64,000 bases of DNA from assembly GCA_963664195.1 (NCBI GenBank), contig OY760907.1, positions 1,024,001 to 1,088,000 of the forward strand. The letters are read 5' to 3'. Origin of the DNA: an uncultured candidate division Zixibacteria bacterium (GTDB lineage: Bacteria; Zixibacteria; MSB-5A5; GN15; FEB-12). The position numbers and the translations under genes are program-made. The notes under the pieces are model-generated. The model ran no database searches. It was given only the letters and a program-made list of their open reading frames with translations, and was not told where the DNA came from. Shown here in pieces: positions 1 through 7,981 of this stretch; within the stretch, counting starts at the first letter, position 1, and each line of letters opens with the position of its first letter.

Positions 1-72
1 CGAAATATCCGCAAGGATGACGAGACGGACGAGGAAATCGAGCCTGAAACGAAACCGGCAGTGGAGACCTGA
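1..72 (+). CDS. 3' end of an upstream gene (partial; ...RNIRKDDETDEEIEPETKPAVET*)
   Basis: Frame 1 is open from base 1 to TGA at 70-72, which ends 1 nt before the ATG of the next gene (operon-like spacing). Confidence 0.5.
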   Translation, partial: RNIRKDDETDEEIEPETKPAVET

Positions 73-73
73 G

Positions 74-1447
74 ATGGATCTGATTGCTCCGCTGGCCAAA
101 TACTTGCTTGAACCGATCATCGCGTATCGTGAGGGATCCAACCATTTGCGCGTTCTCTCCGAACTGGAACGAAGCCAATACGCGTCACCAGAGGAAATCG
201 AACAGGTGCGCCTGGAGCGGCTCAAGCGGTTGCTGAACCACGCCAAACAAAACACTCTATTTTATGCCAAACGATTCGCCGAGCACGAATTCGATCCGTC
301 GCAGGTAACCAATCTGAAGGATCTGGCCAAACTGCCGGTGATCCGTAAGGCCGACATCCAGCAGCACGCCGCTGACATGAAGGCAACCAACATGCCCGGC
401 AGAATCCTTCCCAATCAAACAGGCGGCTCGACCGGTGCCCCCCTCAGATTCTTCGTGAACCGTGAGAGGACTTTCAGCCAGAAGGCTGCTACCTGGCGGC
501 ACGATCGCTGGGCAGGCTGGGATATCGGTCGCAAAATGGGCGTACTCTGGGGAAACAGGGTCGACTTTGAACACAAGGTTTCGATCAAAGACAGGCTGAG
601 GACTTTCCTCGCTGACCGTCGGCTCATTCTAGACACCAGCAGTATCACGCCACAGATTCTCGCGGACTTCACCGAAGCGCTCAGGTCTTATCGGCCGCCG
701 ACTTACCTGGCATACGCCAATTCGATCTATCTGTTCGCGCGCTACCTGAAGGAAAACAACATCCGGGACTACCACCGCCCGCAAGGTATCATCACCTCGG
801 CGGAACTCCTGACTGGCTCGCAGCGAGCACTAATCGAAGAAGTGTTTGACTGTCGCGTGTTCAATCGGTATGGTTGCCGCGAGACCAGCATCATTGCCTC
901 CGAGTGCTCCGAACACAACGGCCTGCACATCAACGCGGAGCAGGTGTATATCGAATTCGTAACACAGGACGGCGTTGCCAACAAATCACGACCGGGGAAA
1001 ATCGTCATTACTGATTTGCTCAACTACGGTATGCCGTTGATTCGCTACCAGATAGAGGATATGGGCTACGCGACGAATCAATCCTGTCCGTGCGGGCGAG
1101 GCCTTCCGCTGATGCAGATGGCCGGAGGACGTGTGACTGATTTCCTCATTACTCCGGCAGGCAAGGTGATCTCGGGCGCCTCAATGACCATTTATTTCAT
1201 TGCCACTGTCCCCGGCATTACTCAGGCGCAGATCGTCCAGAAGCAGAAAGATCATCTCATCTTGAAGGTCATCAAGAACGAGAAATTTGACGACAATTCA
1301 CTGAAGATACTGGAACAGAAAGTCATAGAGTTCTTTGGCCCGGAAATGAAATACGATCTGGAATCTGTCGACTGCATTCCTTCGACAGCCTCCGGCAAAC
1401 ACCTGTTCAGCATCTGTGAACTTGACCCAATCCAGTTTTTGTGTTAG
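74..1447 (+). CDS. Phenylacetate-CoA ligase family (CapK-like) adenylate-forming enzyme
   Basis: Motifs TGGSTG, YGCRE, ITDLLNYGMPLIRYQIED, CPCGRGLP and GR. Start set to ATG 74 after a GGAG RBS instead of the track's 17. Confidence 0.85.
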   Translation: MDLIAPLAKYLLEPIIAYREGSNHLRVLSELERSQYASPEEIEQVRLERLKRLLNHAKQNTLFYAKRFAEHEFDPSQVTNLKDLAKLPVIRKADIQQHAADMKATNMPGRILPNQTGGSTGAPLRFFVNRERTFSQKAATWRHDRWAGWDIGRKMGVLWGNRVDFEHKVSIKDRLRTFLADRRLILDTSSITPQILADFTEALRSYRPPTYLAYANSIYLFARYLKENNIRDYHRPQGIITSAELLTGSQRALIEEVFDCRVFNRYGCRETSIIASECSEHNGLHINAEQVYIEFVTQDGVANKSRPGKIVITDLLNYGMPLIRYQIEDMGYATNQSCPCGRGLPLMQMAGGRVTDFLITPAGKVISGASMTIYFIATVPGITQAQIVQKQKDHLILKVIKNEKFDDNSLKILEQKVIEFFGPEMKYDLESVDCIPSTASGKHLFSICELDPIQFLC

Positions 1448-1506
1448 TCTGCGATAGTACGATAACGGCAGACCAAACGAACAGTTTAATCTTAGGGACT
1501 ACCGCC

Positions 1507-2676
1507 ATGAAATTGATGCGGCGTGTTATTCTGATTGTTGTCATCCTAGCGGTGTCAGCCAGCGGGTGGATCGGCTATCGACTATACAGCTCAAACATGA
1601 TGATATGGCTGCCAAATTACGTTCTTGAGGACAACTCTGTTGAGCCTGTCGAAGGCGTGACGGACATCATCTTCTTCGTCCCCGACCATTGGGAACCGGG
1701 CGGCAATCTCGAGCCGCTGAATCTGAGCCTCAAAGGCTATCGCAGTCTGTGTGACCAGCACAAAGATGCCGATGGTATCGGTTTTCAAGCCTCCTTTTTC
1801 TACCCGATAAATTCCTTCCGCGGCTTTGAGGTAGACAGCCTTGTAAAAATGTGTGCCCAGGGCGGCGGCGATATTGAAGTACACTTGCATCACCACGGCG
1901 ATACGCCGGAAACCTTCCGCCTCAAAATGCTGGCCGGCATCGACTCTTTGCGCGCGCACGGCGCGTTGATCAGTCCGGACGGAGACACTCATTTCTCCTT
2001 TGTCCACGGTAACTGGGCGCTGGACAATTCCCGGGTGTATCAAGGTCGGGACATGTGCGGCGTCAACAATGAAATTGAGATTCTCCAAGAGCTTGGCTGC
2101 TACGCCGACTTTACCTTCCCCGCCCTCACTCATACGGCTCAGCCGACTATTGTCAATGAAATCTACTACTGCGTTGACGACCCTGACAAACCCAAATCTC
2201 ACGATTCCGGCGTGCCAACCAGAGTGGGGTATCATCCTCGTGCGGACGAGTTTATGATTTTCGAAGGCCCCCTGGTAGTGGACTGGGCGGACTGGCAGTC
2301 GGTCACTCACCCAACTTTTGAAGACGGCAACCTGTATTACGAAATGGAGACCAACCTCCATCGGTTTGAAGTCTGGCTCAACGCAAACATTCACGTTGAG
2401 GGTAGATCAAACTGGGTTTTCGTCCGACCCTTTACACACGGTTGCCATTTGAGAGCGGAAGGCTCCTACGAGAACATCTACGGCGAGAACATGCACCGCA
2501 TGCTCACCGAGGTCGAACGCCTGTACAACGATGGCAAGAAGTATCGACTCCACTACGTGACGGCGAGAGAGGCGTATAACATCGTGAAGGCGGCCGAAGA
2601 CGGCAAAAACGGCAACCCGAATGACTTCCGGGACTACGTACTGAAACCGTACCAATACCAGGTGCCGGCGATCTGA
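1507..2676 (+). CDS. Membrane-anchored conserved hypothetical protein, possibly a metal-dependent carbohydrate deacetylase-like enzyme
   Basis: N-terminal TM helix. His/Asp-rich motifs DHWEP, EVHLHH, FVHGNWALDNS and HG. Lies in a polysaccharide locus. Confidence 0.6.
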   Translation: MKLMRRVILIVVILAVSASGWIGYRLYSSNMMIWLPNYVLEDNSVEPVEGVTDIIFFVPDHWEPGGNLEPLNLSLKGYRSLCDQHKDADGIGFQASFFYPINSFRGFEVDSLVKMCAQGGGDIEVHLHHHGDTPETFRLKMLAGIDSLRAHGALISPDGDTHFSFVHGNWALDNSRVYQGRDMCGVNNEIEILQELGCYADFTFPALTHTAQPTIVNEIYYCVDDPDKPKSHDSGVPTRVGYHPRADEFMIFEGPLVVDWADWQSVTHPTFEDGNLYYEMETNLHRFEVWLNANIHVEGRSNWVFVRPFTHGCHLRAEGSYENIYGENMHRMLTEVERLYNDGKKYRLHYVTAREAYNIVKAAEDGKNGNPNDFRDYVLKPYQYQVPAI

Positions 2677-2751
2677 CCGAAGTAGAAACCTGTTTGGTAT
2701 TTTGATGTTCAAAACGGCATTCTATCCGCAAGCTCAAAGGACGACTCCCGT

Positions 2752-4176
2752 ATGAGCAGCTATTCGACATTGCTGCGCAAAACGTTTCTGCCGGTGCTTC
2801 TCAGGAGGGACAACCGTGGATCGGCGCTTGAGCACTGGGAGTTCCTCAAGAAAACCCAGTTCTGGACAAGACAGCAATTGCTCGATTACCAGTGGCAAAA
2901 ACTGACGACCCTGCTTGAACATGCCTACAATACCTGTCCGTACTATACTCGCAAATTCAACGAACTGAGCCTGACTCCGGGTTCGTTCAAGAGCGTCGAA
3001 GATCTCCGCCTGCTGCCGATTCTCACTCGCCATGACCTGTACGACCACAAAGACGACCTGGTCTCCTCGAAGTTTCGGCAGGATCAACTGCAGCAGTACA
3101 GCACCGGTGGAACCACCGGCCAGCGGGCGGTATCTCACCGCAATCAGGAATCGTTCAATATCAAACTCGGGCTCCAATGGCGGCATGAAGGCTGGATGGG
3201 GCGTATGCCGTGCGATAAGATGATCCAGCTCTGGCCGGCAAATATGGATTTCGTCGAAGACCCCGGCTGGAAGGAAAAGATCAAAGACCGCTACTTCCTG
3301 CGCTCTCTGATGTACCAGGCCGGATCGGCCCGCGAAGAAGAACTGCGCAACGTTGTGGCGGGGTTCAAATCGTTCAAACCGAAGTTTCTGAAAGTGTTCC
3401 CGTCTGCCCTGCAAAAACTGGCCGAGTATCTGGTCGAAACACATGACAGAGTGCCACATATCAGGGGCATTCAATCAACCGGCGAGCCGCTGTATGACTC
3501 AACCCGGGCGCTGTTCGAAAATGTCTTCCAAACACCCGTGTATGACATGTACGGTACCCGCGAGGTGGGCAACACAGCCTGCCAGTGTCATGAGGGTAAA
3601 TCACTTCATGTAGCAATGGAAACGCAGATCGTCGAGTTCGTCAAGAACGGCCAACCGGTTGAGTACGGCGAAGAGGGCGAGATGCTCATCACCGATTTGA
3701 CCAACTACGGCGCGCCGATGATTCGCTATCAGATCAACGATTACGGTGTGCCTGTCAAGGAAGACTGCGCCTGCGGGCGTGGTCTGGCTACTATGAGCAA
3801 TGCGGTCGGTCGCGTAACAGATGACATCGTCGCCCCCGATGGTACCCGTCACAGCGGGCATGTGCTGGGCGTCGTGTTGACTTTCGAAGGCCCGATGTTG
3901 GTTGGCCAGATGCAGATCGAGCAGCATTCGCTTCACGACTATCTCATCCGGGTGACGAATAAACCGGTGCCAACGCAGGATAAATTCGATTACATTACCG
4001 ATGCTATACGTAAGTTGGTGCGCGCCGAAGTGAAGATTGATTTCGAGGTAGTGGACCAGATTCCCCGCGAAAAATCGGGGAAAGTACGATACGTTGTCAA
4101 CAAGCTCAGCGAGGCGGAAAAAGCCCAAGCAGGTAGTGCCCGGGAGGGTTCGGTTGAAGATACTGGTCATAGATGA
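2752..4176 (+). CDS. Phenylacetate-CoA ligase family (CapK-like) adenylate-forming enzyme, second paralog
   Basis: STGGTTG, YGTRE, ITDLTNYGAPMIRYQIND, CACGRGL and SGK motifs. Confidence 0.85.
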   Translation: MSSYSTLLRKTFLPVLLRRDNRGSALEHWEFLKKTQFWTRQQLLDYQWQKLTTLLEHAYNTCPYYTRKFNELSLTPGSFKSVEDLRLLPILTRHDLYDHKDDLVSSKFRQDQLQQYSTGGTTGQRAVSHRNQESFNIKLGLQWRHEGWMGRMPCDKMIQLWPANMDFVEDPGWKEKIKDRYFLRSLMYQAGSAREEELRNVVAGFKSFKPKFLKVFPSALQKLAEYLVETHDRVPHIRGIQSTGEPLYDSTRALFENVFQTPVYDMYGTREVGNTACQCHEGKSLHVAMETQIVEFVKNGQPVEYGEEGEMLITDLTNYGAPMIRYQINDYGVPVKEDCACGRGLATMSNAVGRVTDDIVAPDGTRHSGHVLGVVLTFEGPMLVGQMQIEQHSLHDYLIRVTNKPVPTQDKFDYITDAIRKLVRAEVKIDFEVVDQIPREKSGKVRYVVNKLSEAEKAQAGSAREGSVEDTGHR

Positions 4177-4627
4177 GGAGTTCCCATATCCGCTCAACAC
4201 GGGAAAGCGGAAAAGAACCTTCTCTCTAACCAAAACGCTCACCAACGATAACGTTGTCTCATATCTCGCTTACGGCTCCCCCGCACAGGATTCTATGAAA
4301 TTCCCTGAATCCAACGTCATCACCTGTCACGCAGTTCCTCCGCCGGATTGCGACCAGCACGGACCGTCTTTCTACTGGCGGTTATTCGCCAACCTGTTCT
4401 CGGGTCTGCCATATATTGCCACCAGCCACCATACCGAACGGTATGCCGGCAAGCTTCGGAAACTGGTGCTCTCCACCTCGGTTGAAGCTGAAGGATTGGA
4501 AGTGACTGACGGCGCGAATAGTGTAATCGCCGATGACGGACGCCAACTGGTTGAGAGAGAGTATCGCCGGGAAAGCCTCGGAGAGAAACTCGATCCTTAT
4601 CTTGGTGAGGTTGTTGCAAGGTCATGA
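4154..4627 (+). pseudogene. Internally deleted GT4-family glycosyltransferase remnant
   Basis: A GT4-like N-terminus (KILVIDEEFPYPLNTGKRKRTF) is joined directly to C-terminal motifs (VLSTSVEAEGL...IADD...GRQLVEREY). About 157 aa versus about 370-400 aa for intact GT4s. Confidence 0.7.
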
Positions 4628-5730
4628 ACATTCTCCATCTGAGAGCATCGAATTTCTACGGCGGACCGGAACGTCAGCTTCACCTTCACGCCCGTGAAGC
4701 CCGCGACTCCAAATACAACGTAACCGTGGCATCGTTCTCAGAAAACGGCAACATGCCCGAGTACCTGCAGACTATAGCCGAGGACAACATCCCCACGCAC
4801 TTATTCGAGGTTTCGTCGGCTTATGATACGAGCGTGATTGCATTGATTAGAGACTACTTGGAGAAAGGCAACGTTTCGATTCTCTGTTCGCACGATTACC
4901 GGACAACTGTCTGGGCGTGCCTTGCTGCGCGACGGTCCAAATCCCGCTGGCTCGCGTTCTCGCGCGGGTATACGCAGGATAATCTCAAAGTCCGTCTTTA
5001 TCACACCGTTGACAAGTTCCTGATCCGGCAGGCCAACCATATCGTGGCCGTGTCAGGCGCACAAAAAGACCGACTCAGGCGTCTGCTGATCAGGGAGCGA
5101 CAGATTTCCGTCGTCTCCAACGCTATTGCGCCGAAGATTTTCGATGAAACAGAAACGGTGAATCTCAGGAGCCGGTTTGCCTTCGAACCAGACGCAATCG
5201 TCGCCGTGTCCGGCGGACGCTTCAGCCGTGAGAAAGGGCAGAGATACCTGATCGAAGCAGCCGCCGTCGCGATCAAGCAGAATCCGAAACTCAGATTTGT
5301 GCTGTTTGGCGACGGTCCTGATCTCGAACATGAGAGGGAACATCTACGCAGCCTCCGACTTGAGGGGAAAGTCATCTGCCCGGGATTCGAGAGGAATCTT
5401 GTCGGCTGCCTCAAAGATGCTGATATTCTGGTGAACCCTTCGCTGTCGGAGGGCCTGCCGAATATCGTCCTCGAAGCAATGGCAGTCCGAACAGCGGCGG
5501 TAGCCACGGCGGTGGGCGGCGTACCTGAGATTATTGACGACGGGAAGACCGGACTACTCGTGCCGGCCAGAGATGCCGACGCGCTTGCCAAAGCTATTCT
5601 TCGGGCTGCCGACAATTCTGAGATGAGGGCCGGGCTTACAGAGCAGGCCCTGAGTCTTATCAAGGCCGAGTATTCGTTTGAACGCCAGTTCGAAAGACTT
5701 GCGCAGTTATACGATAGATTCGGAAACTGA
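4624..5730 (+). CDS. Glycosyltransferase family 4
   Basis: GGPERQ N-terminal motif, REKG, and the PSLSEGLPNIVLEAMA (EX7E) motif. Confidence 0.9.
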   Translation: MNILHLRASNFYGGPERQLHLHAREARDSKYNVTVASFSENGNMPEYLQTIAEDNIPTHLFEVSSAYDTSVIALIRDYLEKGNVSILCSHDYRTTVWACLAARRSKSRWLAFSRGYTQDNLKVRLYHTVDKFLIRQANHIVAVSGAQKDRLRRLLIRERQISVVSNAIAPKIFDETETVNLRSRFAFEPDAIVAVSGGRFSREKGQRYLIEAAAVAIKQNPKLRFVLFGDGPDLEHEREHLRSLRLEGKVICPGFERNLVGCLKDADILVNPSLSEGLPNIVLEAMAVRTAAVATAVGGVPEIIDDGKTGLLVPARDADALAKAILRAADNSEMRAGLTEQALSLIKAEYSFERQFERLAQLYDRFGN

Positions 5731-5739
5731 GTCACGAAA

Positions 5740-6873
5740 ATGATTAATATCGCTTACGTCATAGACACTATCGCGACTCCGCGAGCAGGAACTGAGAAGC
5801 AACTCCTGATGCTGCTCAAGGGACTGGATCGCAACCGATTCAATCCGACACTGGTTTGCCTGCGCAACTCTGAGTGGCTTGAAGATCAGGCGCTTTCCTG
5901 TGATCTGGAAATACTGAATCTCGGATCGATACTTCGACCAAGTTTTTTCGGAGCCGCCTCGCGCTTCAAGAAACTGCACCGTGAGCGCAAATTCGATATC
6001 GTGCAGACGTTCTTCCTCGACGCTAACCTGTTCGGCACCATCGCCGCCCGGATGGCAGGAATCAAGAACGTCGTCTCCAGCCGAAGGAACATCGGTTACT
6101 GGCATACATGGTTCTATCGCACCATGCTGAGAATGCTTCGTCGCTGGACGTCGTATTATCTCGCCAATTCAAAGGCCGTCCTTGATGTCTCGCTTGAGGC
6201 CGAGGGAATCGCGCCGGAGAACATCACGGTCATCTACAACGGCCTTGATCTATCGCAGTATGAAGTCATCGAAGAGTCTGTTCGTCTCAGGCAGCGACAT
6301 ACCTGGGGCGTGGCCGACAACGAACTGCTCGTGGGGGCGGTGGCAAACCTTCGCCCGGTGAAGAACATCCCCTCGCTCATTTCGGCGGCGGCGCGGCTAA
6401 CGAGGAAACACGCCGGTCTCAAATTCGTCGTGGTGGGCGAAGGCCCGGACCGCGAACAGCTCCAACAGCAGGTCGATTCGGCGGGACTGACTGACCGGTT
6501 CCGCATGGTGGGTGCGCACAATGACATAGTACCCTGCCTGGCAGCTTTTGATGTCGGTGTTCAGTGCTCCCGGTCTGAGAGTTTTTCCGGTTCGCTCGTA
6601 GAGTATATGGCGGCAGGTTTGCCAATAGCGGCCTCGGCTGTAGGCGGCAACGTCGAGGCTATCAGTCACGAACAGACCGGCCTTCTGTACGATGTGAACG
6701 ATCCGAACGGCCTTGTCTCAACGATTTCGGCGCTGCTGTCGGATCTGGGGAAAGCCTTGCAGTACGGTGAGTCGGCCCGAGAAGCGGCCTTTGCCCATTA
6801 CTCAGAAGAGGCTTGCGTCAAAGCTCATGAGCGTTACTATACAGATATCATGGAGAAACGGAGTAGAACATGA
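5740..6873 (+). CDS. Glycosyltransferase family 4
   Basis: AGTEKQL, VANLRPVK and SRSESFSGSLVEYMA (EX7E) motifs. Confidence 0.9.
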   Translation: MINIAYVIDTIATPRAGTEKQLLMLLKGLDRNRFNPTLVCLRNSEWLEDQALSCDLEILNLGSILRPSFFGAASRFKKLHRERKFDIVQTFFLDANLFGTIAARMAGIKNVVSSRRNIGYWHTWFYRTMLRMLRRWTSYYLANSKAVLDVSLEAEGIAPENITVIYNGLDLSQYEVIEESVRLRQRHTWGVADNELLVGAVANLRPVKNIPSLISAAARLTRKHAGLKFVVVGEGPDREQLQQQVDSAGLTDRFRMVGAHNDIVPCLAAFDVGVQCSRSESFSGSLVEYMAAGLPIAASAVGGNVEAISHEQTGLLYDVNDPNGLVSTISALLSDLGKALQYGESAREAAFAHYSEEACVKAHERYYTDIMEKRSRT

Positions 6874-7499
6874 GGAAGGCGATTAAGTGGCTGCTACTGA
6901 GCATCGTTTTTGTGCTGGTGCTGCCGTTCGGGCTGATGGCCAAGCTTGCCTACTCGGTGATTGGGACACAGGAAATCTTTGATCTCTGCGCCCAGACCTT
7001 TGCCTTTGTCCCCAGTCGGCTCGGTTGCTTCATCCGTACCTGTTACTACAAGCAGACGCTTGCTCAATCCTATATGGACGTCGATTTCCTGTTCGGCTCG
7101 ATAGTCTCAAAACCTCGGACCACAATCGGCCACCGCGCAGTGATCGCTTCATTTGCCTCCGTGGGTCTTGCGGATCTGGAAGAAGAAGCGGTGATCGGCA
7201 ACCGGACCACTCTTCTCTCGGGAGGCCATCACCACAATTTCTCCGATCCTGATCTACCGATCTTCCACGGCGACAGCAAATTCACCCGAATAGTCGTTGG
7301 GAAGAGGACTTTCGTCGGTGATAGCTGTGTTGTCATTGCCAGCATAGGACAAAACTCGGTGATTGGAGCCGGATCGGTAGTGGTAAAAGAGATTCCTGAT
7401 TATGTCGTTGCCGTTGGAAACCCGGCCCGCGTAATCAAGGAACGCCCGCGAAATACTTCCACAGAAGCTGGCGACTCCACAGTGGCTCAGCGCCCATAA
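6870..7499 (+). CDS. Hexapeptide-repeat (LbH) O-acyltransferase
   Basis: C-terminal IGQNSVIGAGSVVVKEIPDYVVAVGNPARVIK signature. Confidence 0.85.
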   Translation: MRKAIKWLLLSIVFVLVLPFGLMAKLAYSVIGTQEIFDLCAQTFAFVPSRLGCFIRTCYYKQTLAQSYMDVDFLFGSIVSKPRTTIGHRAVIASFASVGLADLEEEAVIGNRTTLLSGGHHHNFSDPDLPIFHGDSKFTRIVVGKRTFVGDSCVVIASIGQNSVIGAGSVVVKEIPDYVVAVGNPARVIKERPRNTSTEAGDSTVAQRP

Positions 7500-7550
7500 C
7501 AGAAACAGCAATCAGCCGACAAGCGGCTGTCCGGCACACCTTTACGTTCA

Positions 7551-7566
7551 CCCCCCCCCCCCCCCC
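7551..7566. repeat. C16 homopolymer tract
   Basis: 16 consecutive C in the intergenic region. Confidence 0.95.
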
Positions 7567-7981
7567 GCAGTTTTCTGCTCCGCCTCTTCAGAGACGACCG
7601 AACAACCACGCTGAAAAAAGATGCCTCTCGCCGGGCGCTGAGCCGTGCCATTTGTCGTCGAAAAAGGAATGTCGACGTATAACATTCAAACTGATATCAG
7701 AGAAACGGAGGGATCGATTAGAATACTCCTGAGCACCTGATCACACTTCCTTTCATCGCGCCTCTTGCGCCTTCGCCTGCACCGGAACGTTTTTCTCTCG
7801 AGCATCAGCACGCCCTTCAATCCGCTGCCTGACAATCGGCAGTCTGCTTGAATTCATCTCCGTAACGCTTGATCCCCGCAACCTGGGAAGAATGAGATTG
7901 GTTTGCCGTGTGTACTGCCGGTCAACCAACACAACAAGTGCACGGCAAAGCGATCACCAAGAGAACTGCAAAGGAGGCGCT

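Noticed and set aside
600..610. Reverse complement of GAGGAAAGTCC (RNase P RNA motif)
   Set aside because: Lies inside a well-supported CDS with no other rnpB elements.
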